NCBI GenBank assembly: GCA_937991435.1
Contig: CALKPY010000094.1
Coordinates: forward strand, 15,262-79,261
From: an uncultured Acidimicrobiales bacterium
Lineage (GTDB): Bacteria > Actinomycetota > Acidimicrobiia > Acidimicrobiales > UBA10347
Direction of reading: 5' to 3'
DNA: 64,000 bases
Position 1 is the first letter of the stretch; each line of letters starts with the position of its first letter. This document shows positions 53,928 to 62,251 of this stretch, one piece after another. Under the pieces are notes generated by a model, which ran no database searches, was not told the DNA's origin, and saw nothing but the letters and a program-made list of their open reading frames with translations. Both the position numbers and the translations under genes were made by a program.

Positions 53928-54570
53928 CCTTGCGACCGAACCCGTCGTCGTTGAAATGTTCAGCGACTTCCTTTGACCTTGGTGCCATGTCGGCACCGTG
54001 CGTGTCGACGAACTCAAGCGCCGAATGGGCGATCAGATCATTGTTGAATACAAGAGCTACCTGTTGCGAACCGAACCAAAGACCCAGTCACTCGAGAAGT
54101 TCGTGACGTACACGAACTCGTGGCAACGTCCCGCTGAACTCGAACCCAAAGCAATGTTCACTACGCCATGGCGGTCAGGCGCTAGTCCGCCGACCAGCTC
54201 GCTTCCCGCCCAGGTGGCGTGGAAAGCAGCGGCCACTTTTGGGCCAGCAGCGCAGGACAGCTTCCACCACGCTCTGCTCGATTCTTATTTCGTGCAAAAT
54301 CGCAATATCAGCGACTTCGACGAGTTGTTTGCGATCGCCGGAGAGTGTGGTCTCGACCCCGACAGGTTCAAGACCGTGATCGATGAGCAACATGTCGCTC
54401 TAGCCGAGATCGTCTGGAGCGAGCACAACGATGCGGTCACACGCGGGGTGACAGCCGTGCCAACAATGGTGCTCGGCGGGTCCTTCGGCGTGCCCGGCGC
54501 GCAAGATGTAGACACCTATGAGCGACTCATCGCTCGGCTTGTTGAGCGCCGCTCACACGGCACGGTCTAA
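53920..54570 (+). CDS. DsbA/FrnE-family thiol:disulfide oxidoreductase with an in-frame TGA at the first Cys of CxxC (candidate selenoprotein; otherwise a pseudogene)
   Basis: The frame is open from ATG 53920 (which overlaps the crcB-2 stop, with GGAG 9 nt upstream): MHDLATEPVVVEMFSDFL-TGA(53974-53976)-PWCHVGTVRVDELKRR..., continuous with track ORF 53998..54570. The downstream GVTAVPTMVLGG motif is typical of the family. Confidence 0.6.
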
Positions 54571-54591
54571 CCGGCGAAAGCGCCGCCGGAC

Positions 54592-55845
54592 CTATTTGCG
54601 AGGGGCAATCGATTCGATGCCACCGCAGAACGGCCGCAAGACCTCGGGCACGGTAAAGGTGCCGTCGGCCTGCTGGTAGTGCTCCATCAAAAACACCAGC
54701 ATGCGTGCCACAGGAATCGCGGTTCCATTGAGGGTGTGCGCGAACACTGAACCAGACTCGCCTTTGATGCGGGTGTCGAGGCGCCGAGCCGAATAATCGA
54801 GATAATTCGAGCAACTGGTCACCTCGCGATAGGCGCCCTCAGATGGAAGCCAAACTTCGCAGTCGTACTTTTTGGCCGCGGCGCCGCCAAGGTCACCAGC
54901 AGCGATGTTGACGACCTGATACGGCAGCTCGAGCTCATCAAGAATCTCGCGCTCGATCTCGAGTAACAGTTCGTGTTCGTCCCAACTGGTTTCGGGGTTG
55001 GACCAGATGAACATCTCGACCTTGTCGAATTGATGCACGCGAAAGATGCCGCGGGTGTCTTTGCCATACGTGCCGGCCTCGCGGCGGAAACACGACGAAA
55101 AGCCGCAGTACCGAAACGGCAGGTCTTCAGCAGTGAGCCGTTGTCCGCGATGCACGCCCGCTAAGGGGGCCTCGGCGGTACCCACCAGGTAGAGGTCGTC
55201 GCTGCCAATGCCATACACCTGGTGTTCATCGGTCGGGAAGAACCCTGCGTCGATCATCATCTGCTCGCGCACCAGCACGGGCGGGACCACCGGAATGAAC
55301 TCTCGCGCCATCAGCTTGGCGAGAGCCCACTGCACCAACGCAAACTCGAGCTGCACGGCACCGCCGAAAAGATATGCAAACCGTGATCCACTGACGTCGG
55401 CCCCAAGCTCGGTGTCGACCCAGCCAAGGTGTCGACCAAAGTCGGCGTGGTCCATCGGCGGAGCGTCAGGAGTTCCCCCGACTGTCGCGACGACAGTTCC
55501 TTCGTCTTCGCCACCGTCGGGAACCGATTCGTGGGCCGGCACCGGGAGCTGCAGTGCGAGGGCCTTTAGCTCATCGGCGAGCGCACCGTAGGACTGTTCT
55601 GCAGATGCGAGCGCAGTCTTAACCACCGCAGCCGCTTCGATCTTGGCAGGTCGCTCTTCGGGGGAGGCCTTGCCGATCGCCTTAGAAACGGTGTTCGACT
55701 CGGCGCGAAGACGTTCGAGCTCGAGTTGGGCGCTGTGGCGCTGGTCATTGAGCGCCGCAACTTGCCCAATAAGGTCAGCCGATGCGCCTTTGCGTTGCAT
55801 GCCCGATCGGTATTCGGGCTCAGACAGTCGCTTGAGGTCAATCAC
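54592..55845 (-). CDS. serS: seryl-tRNA synthetase
   Basis: N-terminal coiled coil (VIDLKRL...) and class II motifs (FRVHQFDKVE, GLPYQV.N...GD..AAKKYD.EVW.P, ..S.SN..D.QARR). Start re-set to GTG 55845. Confidence 0.9.
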   Translation of the reverse strand: MIDLKRLSEPEYRSGMQRKGASADLIGQVAALNDQRHSAQLELERLRAESNTVSKAIGKASPEERPAKIEAAAVVKTALASAEQSYGALADELKALALQLPVPAHESVPDGGEDEGTVVATVGGTPDAPPMDHADFGRHLGWVDTELGADVSGSRFAYLFGGAVQLEFALVQWALAKLMAREFIPVVPPVLVREQMMIDAGFFPTDEHQVYGIGSDDLYLVGTAEAPLAGVHRGQRLTAEDLPFRYCGFSSCFRREAGTYGKDTRGIFRVHQFDKVEMFIWSNPETSWDEHELLLEIEREILDELELPYQVVNIAAGDLGGAAAKKYDCEVWLPSEGAYREVTSCSNYLDYSARRLDTRIKGESGSVFAHTLNGTAIPVARMLVFLMEHYQQADGTFTVPEVLRPFCGGIESIAPRK

Positions 55846-55897
55846 CGGATCGATCGTATCTGAGCGCTGCAGTGTCGATCGAGCAGATTCGCCAGGA

Positions 55898-56920
55898 TCA
55901 GCTGGCAGACGCCAAGCTGGCTGCAGCACTGACGGCGATATCCAGATCCTTTGACCACTCGCCGATCAACTGGACCGACCGTGTCGGGATTTCGTGATTG
56001 TAGGTCGAGGAGTCGCTCACATTGTGCAACGACGCCGTCAAGGCGTCGAGGCCGACGAGTTCGACTCGGACCCCCATGGCCTTGATGTGGGTAAGCAACG
56101 GCACAAGGTCAGATTCAACTGCGTCGGTTGCTGATACAGCGAAGGTGAGGCGGCAGCCGTCTAGTCGAGAGGAGCGCAACGTGCCATGAAGGGCCGGAAG
56201 CACGCCGGCGAGAAATTCGACGTGCGGAATCGCGATGCGAAGATTGATCTCGTCGTTGTCGACACGCAACAGTTCGTCGGCTGCAGCGTGGAGCAACGTG
56301 GCCATCACGGTCGAAGCCATTCCCAGGGCCACGATCTTGTCGGCAATAGGCCAAAGCTCGATGCTTTGACCGCTTGGAAGAGTCCACCATGGCGAGGTCT
56401 CAAGAAGCGGGTTCGGGCCGTCTTCGAACATGCGGTATTGGGCGGCGACTTCAGATGGTCGCATATCGCGCAGCGACGGCACCGTCGCCGAGGCAGCGGT
56501 GGCGGCGCGAGCTTCGCGACCCCAACACACCACGAACAGACATTCGTCTGAATGATCATCGAGAACAGGAGCCAGCAGCACTTCGTTTTCGTCGGACGTG
56601 GCGAACACGGCACGTCGATGCGAGCGTGCAACTTGCGCACAGACCCGTTCGAATTCACGGCGATTTTCGCCAGCCAGCAAGCTACGCACGGTGTCGCTCA
56701 CGAACAGCGAAGCGAGTTGCTCGTAGCCAACAATGGCGCCGTTGTGATCGACCCGAACAACCAGCGAGTTCGAGTCGAGCAGGCGTCGCATCGGCACAAG
56801 GTCGGCCACACGAAGTGCTGCATCTCCCGACTGTGCCGTGTTGTTGTTTTGTTGCGGTAGGCCCACAGATATCTGTCGGCTCCAGACGCCTCTACATAAG
56901 CGAAATACGAACCATGTCAT
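55898..56920 (-). CDS. hypothetical protein; the C-terminal half weakly resembles a degenerate EAL domain
   Basis: 340-aa ORF. ...INLRIAIPHVEFL....LTFAVSATDAV...LLTHIKAMGVRVELVGLDAL follows the EAL strand pattern (lsvNls / lEitE / GialDDFG), but the catalytic residues are replaced. The start is uncertain. Confidence 0.4.
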   Translation of the reverse strand: MTWFVFRLCRGVWSRQISVGLPQQNNNTAQSGDAALRVADLVPMRRLLDSNSLVVRVDHNGAIVGYEQLASLFVSDTVRSLLAGENRREFERVCAQVARSHRRAVFATSDENEVLLAPVLDDHSDECLFVVCWGREARAATAASATVPSLRDMRPSEVAAQYRMFEDGPNPLLETSPWWTLPSGQSIELWPIADKIVALGMASTVMATLLHAAADELLRVDNDEINLRIAIPHVEFLAGVLPALHGTLRSSRLDGCRLTFAVSATDAVESDLVPLLTHIKAMGVRVELVGLDALTASLHNVSDSSTYNHEIPTRSVQLIGEWSKDLDIAVSAAASLASAS

Positions 56921-56968
56921 TACGAATGTGCCGTTTGACCCACACGAAATACGACCGTGGGGTAGACC

Positions 56969-57904
56969 TCAACCGGACCGCGGCGATTCGGTGCCAGCTT
57001 CACCCTCGGGAATCGGCTCACCGGCTTCGGCGAAGGCATGTTGAACCTGGTCGAACGTCAATTCTTCAGGAAGGCGTTTTGACCGATTCGAGGCCGCGGC
57101 ACTTGGCCTGAGTGAGTCCTGCCGGCTGACCCACAGGAAGAACAGCAAGGCAATGACTGACCAGATGAAGATACCGCCGCCCAGCTTCATGATCAGGCCC
57201 GCGGCTTGTTGGTCGTCGACCGCACTCACACCACCCAATCGGACCTCATGGTCATACACCCGGTAGAGCGGCGACTCGGCAAATGTCAAAAAGCCGCCAG
57301 GAACCGTTGGTAGTACCGAGTTCAGGAACATGAAGATCATTTGCCCAGGGAACGACGCTCGCAGCTCAGGAAGCGGGCTGACGACCGGCATCCACATAAG
57401 CAATGCTGTCGAGAACACGATGAGGTGTACGAAATAGTGAAAAACGCCATTCTCAACCGACGAGTTGACGATTGGGGCCAAGTGAGTCATCGCCACGACC
57501 ACGTTGAACAGCAACGCAGCTGGCACCGGCCTCGTCAGACGTCGCACCCATTGACCGCTGGATCCGTCGGCGCTGACCACAAGACGAGCTAACCATTCGG
57601 GCGTCGCCAACAAGAACAGCGGCGGGATCAGCAAGGTGATTGTTAAGTGTTGAGCCATGTGCACGCTGTACAGATACTCCTCGGCAATGTCGTGCACCGG
57701 CCAGTCGCTCGCGAGCCACAACAAAGCCACAGCACCAACGAAACACAAGCGTTGTCGGCTGGTGACGATTGGCTGGCCTTTCGCCACTGCCTTGGGGCCT
57801 AACACGCGCGTCACCCACCAGCCGAAACCGGTGACGACAGCGATGATCAGCCACACCTCGGGGTGAGTCTGGAAACGCCAAATATCGGTGTTCGCGGCGA
57901 TCAA
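56969..57904 (-). CDS. ctaG: cytochrome c oxidase assembly factor CtaG (Caa3_CtaG family)
   Basis: Polytopic membrane protein with YSVHMAQHLTITLLIPPLFLLATP and a later ...VHLIVFSTALLMW. Confidence 0.8.
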   Translation of the reverse strand: MIAANTDIWRFQTHPEVWLIIAVVTGFGWWVTRVLGPKAVAKGQPIVTSRQRLCFVGAVALLWLASDWPVHDIAEEYLYSVHMAQHLTITLLIPPLFLLATPEWLARLVVSADGSSGQWVRRLTRPVPAALLFNVVVAMTHLAPIVNSSVENGVFHYFVHLIVFSTALLMWMPVVSPLPELRASFPGQMIFMFLNSVLPTVPGGFLTFAESPLYRVYDHEVRLGGVSAVDDQQAAGLIMKLGGGIFIWSVIALLFFLWVSRQDSLRPSAAASNRSKRLPEELTFDQVQHAFAEAGEPIPEGEAGTESPRSG

Positions 57905-58001
57905 CGTCGACTCCGCAAAGAGCCCGCACCGCAGCGGCTATGCAGAGCTCTCACAGGACTCGGGCTCACCGCAATCAACACCTGACTCGAACGTCGAAGA
58001 A

Positions 58002-58340
58002 TCAGACGAATCCGAACCGGTTGTACGCCAAGAACATGATCACATAGACAATGCACGCAAGGACTACTCCTGCGATAAACACTCGACGGAACCACACCGT
58101 GTCGTATTTGAGGTGCATGAAATAGGCACCGACCATCACGAACTTGATGATCATGAGTACCGACAGCACCACATACATCGCCCACTCGGGTGCATTGTGG
58201 ACCGACTCGAAATAGGTGCCAACTTCAATGAGCGTGAAGAACGCAAGAATCAGAGCGATCTTGACATAAAAGGCATCGGTCGGATGATCGTGATCGTCGT
58301 GCGCGTCGGAATCGACATGTTCTACAGCAAGATCGGTCAC
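58002..58340 (-). CDS. cytochrome c oxidase subunit IV (prokaryotic COX4 family)
   Basis: 3 TM (FYVKIALILAFFTLIEVGTYF...). GTG 58340 forms a GTGA overlap with the ctaE stop. Confidence 0.65.
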   Translation of the reverse strand: MTDLAVEHVDSDAHDDHDHPTDAFYVKIALILAFFTLIEVGTYFESVHNAPEWAMYVVLSVLMIIKFVMVGAYFMHLKYDTVWFRRVFIAGVVLACIVYVIMFLAYNRFGFV

Positions 58341-58984
58341 AGCACACTCTCCGGTTGTGGGAACAGGTACACGACAGTGAAGATGAGAATCCACACGATG
58401 TCCACGAAGTGCCAGTAGAGGCCAACGATTTCGACCGTTTCAGCCTTGTCGGAGTTGAGGCGCCCCTGCTTGTGCATGATGTAGGTCACCAGCAACATGA
58501 TGATGCCGATCGTTACGTGCACACCGTGGAATCCGGTCAAGGTGTAGAACGACGATCCAAAGATGTTGGTTGTGTAGCCAAGACCTTCTTCGTAAAAGAC
58601 CGTGAATTCGTAAATCTGACCGGCGATAAAGGTCGCACCGAGGGCTGCGGTCGTGAGTGTCCAGACACGGAACCGGTGGTAGTCACCTCGTGAGATCGAA
58701 GACAGCGCCAGCACCATCGTCAGCGAACTCAGCAGCAGCACGAATGAAGACACCGAAGTGAACGGAATGTCGAAGACGTCTGCCGGTCCGAGTTCTCCGT
58801 CGGGCAAGCGCTCTTTGTAGAGCATGTATGTCGAAATCAGCGCTCCGAACAGCAGACACTCGCTGCCCAGGAACACCCACATCATCAGCTTGTTGTTCGA
58901 AATACCGGTACTCGTGCCGTGACCATGGGAGCCATCGTGCGAGTCACCGTGTTCAGTGGCAGTTGCCACAGCTGCTTCAGCCAA
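58337..58984 (-). CDS. ctaE: cytochrome c oxidase subunit III
   Basis: NKLMMWVFLGSECLLFGALI...FHGVHVTIG...LYWHFVDIVWILIF. TTG 58984 is preceded by AAGGAG with a 6-nt spacer. Starts at 59023 and 59101 are in frame but overlap ctaD more deeply. Confidence 0.85.
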   Translation of the reverse strand: MAEAAVATATEHGDSHDGSHGHGTSTGISNNKLMMWVFLGSECLLFGALISTYMLYKERLPDGELGPADVFDIPFTSVSSFVLLLSSLTMVLALSSISRGDYHRFRVWTLTTAALGATFIAGQIYEFTVFYEEGLGYTTNIFGSSFYTLTGFHGVHVTIGIIMLLVTYIMHKQGRLNSDKAETVEIVGLYWHFVDIVWILIFTVVYLFPQPESVL

Positions 58985-60980
58985 CGGAAGCTCCTTGGTC
59001 GGTAGCGGCGACGCCGTCTGCATCGTGGTGGTCGGCGTCGTGATCGTCGTGGTGGCCGTGGGCAGCTTCGGGGTCATCGGCTGGTTCGAGTGCCCAACCA
59101 ACGAATGAAAGCACGAAGAGAATGCCTGCCGGTACGAGCAACCACAGCGAGAAGATGATCGCGTAACCGATCAGTGGAAGCGAGAACGACAATACGAGCG
59201 GCCAATATGACGGCGACGGTAGATGCACATTGGTGTTACTGCCGTCGTCTGCGATGTCTTCAGGGTGCGCAATACGCACGATCTTGCCGTCGTCGTCGGT
59301 GCCCCATTTGCGGTGCCACCAGTCGTCTTGGAACTCGACCGTAGGGTCGGAATCGAAGTTGTGGACTGGGGTTGGCGATGCTGTCGACCATTCGAGGCTG
59401 CGGGCATCCCATGGATCGGGGCCGACATCGACAGGATTCTTCTTCGCAGCTCGTGCGGAGATGACGATGTTGAACAAGAAGATGAGCACACCAATGCCAA
59501 TGACGAAGCTACCCAAGGAGACGATTCGATTCCACTGGGTGAAACCGTCGGCTTCGGCGTAGCTGTGGTGACGACGAGCCATGCCCTGCAAACCAAGAAT
59601 ATGCATTGGCCCAAAGGTCATGTTGAACCCGATCAGCATGAGCCAGAAGTTGATCTTGCCCCACTTCTCATTGAGCTTGTGACCAAACGCTTTTGGCCAC
59701 CAAAAGTAGAAGCCGCCGAACATGCCGAGCAGTGCGCCACCGAAAATCACATAGTGAAAGTGCGCCACGATGTAGTAAGTGTCGGTCTGCTGTGTGTCGC
59801 TTGGCGCAACGGCGTGAGTCACGCCCGACAGGCCACCGATGGTGAACATGGCGATCACGCCGACCGAGAACAGCATCGCTGTGGTGAATCGCAGTCGACC
59901 GCCCCACATCGTTGCGAGCCAGTTCAGGATCTTCACACCGGTTGGTACGGCAATGAACATCGTTGACATGGAGAAGGCTGCAACGGAGATGGGACCGAGG
60001 CCGCTCACGAACATGTGGTGAGCCCACACGCCCCAGCCCATGAAGCCAATGGCTATGCCTGAGCCGACCATAAACGGATAGCCAAAGATTGGTTTGCGGC
60101 TGAAGGTCGGGATGATTTCCGAGATGATGCCGAAGGCCGGCAGGATCAAGATGTAGACCTCAGGGTGACCAAAGATCCAGAAGAGATGCTGCCACAACAG
60201 TGGGCTTCCGCCCTCGGCGACGTTGAAGAAGTTGGCGTCGAAGCTGCGGTCAAAGGTGAGCAGGAACAATGCAATCGTGATCACCGGAACCGCGAAGAGC
60301 AGCAGGAACTGCACAACCAGCATCATCCAGGTGAAGATCGGCATCTTGAGCAGCGTCATGCCCGGCGCTCGCATGTTGAGCACGGTCACGATCAGGTTGA
60401 TTGCCGAGACGAGCGAGGCAATACCAGCGATTTGCAGGCCAATAGCGTAGAAGTCCATGCCGTTGCCCGGCGCAAATGTTGCCGAGGTGTTAGGCGCGTA
60501 GGCAAACCAACCGCCGTCGGGCGCACCGCCAAGGAACCAGGAGGTGTTCAAGAACAGCGCACCGGCCAGCCAGCACCAAAAGCTGAATGCATTGAGACGA
60601 GGAAACGCAACATCTCGAGCGCCAACTTGTAGTGGCAACAGATAGTTCGCGAACGCCGCAGCCATCGGCATAATCACGAGGAACACCATGGTCACGCCGT
60701 GCATCGTGAAAACTTGGTTGTAGACGCTCTCTGACAGGAAGTTGTTGCCAGGCTGCGACAGCTGAATGCGAATCAGCAGCGCTTCGAGGCCGCCGACCAA
60801 GAAGAAGAACAGCGAACCAACGCCGTACATGATGCCGATTTTTTTGTGATCGACGGTCGTGAACCAGCTGGCCCAGCCGACATCGCTCTGCGGACGGGTC
60901 AGCGCCCCGAGCGGACGGGTGTTTGTTTTGGTGACTTCGCCTGACTCAAGAGCCAGGGGGCGGTCTTCGGTGATTGCCAT
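58977..60980 (-). CDS. ctaD: cytochrome c oxidase subunit I with a C-terminal two-helix extension
   Basis: Canonical heme-copper motifs (GHPEVYILILPAFG, WAHHMF, HFHYV) and the LEW....P.P.HNF tail. An extra ~110 aa follows, including SPSYWPLVLSF... Confidence 0.95.
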   Translation of the reverse strand: MAITEDRPLALESGEVTKTNTRPLGALTRPQSDVGWASWFTTVDHKKIGIMYGVGSLFFFLVGGLEALLIRIQLSQPGNNFLSESVYNQVFTMHGVTMVFLVIMPMAAAFANYLLPLQVGARDVAFPRLNAFSFWCWLAGALFLNTSWFLGGAPDGGWFAYAPNTSATFAPGNGMDFYAIGLQIAGIASLVSAINLIVTVLNMRAPGMTLLKMPIFTWMMLVVQFLLLFAVPVITIALFLLTFDRSFDANFFNVAEGGSPLLWQHLFWIFGHPEVYILILPAFGIISEIIPTFSRKPIFGYPFMVGSGIAIGFMGWGVWAHHMFVSGLGPISVAAFSMSTMFIAVPTGVKILNWLATMWGGRLRFTTAMLFSVGVIAMFTIGGLSGVTHAVAPSDTQQTDTYYIVAHFHYVIFGGALLGMFGGFYFWWPKAFGHKLNEKWGKINFWLMLIGFNMTFGPMHILGLQGMARRHHSYAEADGFTQWNRIVSLGSFVIGIGVLIFLFNIVISARAAKKNPVDVGPDPWDARSLEWSTASPTPVHNFDSDPTVEFQDDWWHRKWGTDDDGKIVRIAHPEDIADDGSNTNVHLPSPSYWPLVLSFSLPLIGYAIIFSLWLLVPAGILFVLSFVGWALEPADDPEAAHGHHDDHDADHHDADGVAATDQGASVG

Positions 60981-61000
60981 GATTTCGTACTCGGTGCTTC

Positions 61001-62251
61001 TCAGTCGAGGGTCATCAGGAAGGCGACAAGATTGTCGACATCGTCATCGGACAATGCTTCGAACGGGGTCATTCCCCGCTGTCCGGTGGGGCTGTCCCAC
61101 GCATTTGCTTTTTGTTCCGGCGCATTGATTATCCATGCTTCGAGCTGGCCGCGATTGAGGTCGCCAGCGCTGGCAAGATCGAGATAGTCGACCTCGTCAA
61201 CGTTTTCGTAGAGCTCAAAGATGCCGCCTGCGAAACTCGAGCGAGATGCGATGTGCGTCAGGTTCGGAGCCGCTCCGGAGACCTGCGTCTGCTTGTCGAT
61301 CAGGCGGTTGGCGCCGTCATAGAGTTCGACACTGTCGACCGCGTCGGTGTCGTTCAGTGAAGTCAGACCATTGATCACATGACAGGAGGCGCATTGTGCG
61401 CTGAATACTTCCCAGCCTGCAGCAGCGTCGGTTCCTTCAGCAGGGGCCGTGGCATCGGCCATCTGGTTAGCGGCCCAGGTCTTCCAGTCGGCAAGTTCGA
61501 GACCGACTGCCCACTTTTCCATATAGGCATGAGACAGGCCGCAGAACTCGGTGCATTCGCCGGGGAACCGACCAACCGAGCCGGCTTCGATGGTCCACGG
61601 GCTTGATCGGCCCGGCACGGCGTCGCGCTTGCCGTTAAGAGCTGGAACCCAGAACGAGTGAATGACGTCGCGGCTGGTGACTTCGAGCAGAATCTCTTCG
61701 CCAACTGGAAGCACAAGTTCACCGGCGGTGACAATGTCGGCAACGCCGTCGTCGTCGAGGTGGTACTGAAATTCCCACCACCATTGTTGGCCCACAACAA
61801 CGACTTTTTCGATCTGCTGATCGTCTGATGCCGAAACATCGTCGAGATTGAACAAGGTGCCGAGCGTGAAGAATCCGACGATTGCCATGATGACAGTTGG
61901 AACGATGGTCCAGCCGATTTCAAGGCGAGTATTGCCGTGGATCTGCGCCGGGAATTCTTCGTCTGGGTAGACGTCATCTTCGTCATCGGGAGCGTCGACC
62001 CGAAAGCGTCGGGCCATGTAGATGACCGCGCCTTGCACGAGCACGAACACGATGATGGCCACGATGCCGACACCGATGAAGAGGTTGTTGATCTCGTTCG
62101 CGATTGGGCTCTCAGGAGCCATCGTGTCAAGTGGGGTGTCGGCACAGGCCGACAACAACGCCACGGTTGCAAGGGCAACGAGCGCTCGGAGCTGGCGTGA
62201 CCGGCTCGGCATCGATCGCACCGATTGCACAGGAAGTTCTGATTCGGTCAT
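61001..62251 (-). CDS. ctaC: cytochrome c oxidase subunit II fused to a C-terminal cytochrome c domain (caa3-type)
   Basis: Lipoprotein signal (LLSAC). CuA site VIHSFWVP...CTEFCGLSHAYM. C-terminal heme-c motif CASCH. Confidence 0.9.
   Translation of the reverse strand: MTESELPVQSVRSMPSRSRQLRALVALATVALLSACADTPLDTMAPESPIANEINNLFIGVGIVAIIVFVLVQGAVIYMARRFRVDAPDDEDDVYPDEEFPAQIHGNTRLEIGWTIVPTVIMAIVGFFTLGTLFNLDDVSASDDQQIEKVVVVGQQWWWEFQYHLDDDGVADIVTAGELVLPVGEEILLEVTSRDVIHSFWVPALNGKRDAVPGRSSPWTIEAGSVGRFPGECTEFCGLSHAYMEKWAVGLELADWKTWAANQMADATAPAEGTDAAAGWEVFSAQCASCHVINGLTSLNDTDAVDSVELYDGANRLIDKQTQVSGAAPNLTHIASRSSFAGGIFELYENVDEVDYLDLASAGDLNRGQLEAWIINAPEQKANAWDSPTGQRGMTPFEALSDDDVDNLVAFLMTLD

Noticed and set aside
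55846-55897. A T-box or other leader upstream of serS.
   Set aside because: The spacer is about 50 nt and shows no specifier or T-box features. T-boxes are not expected for an actinobacterial serS.
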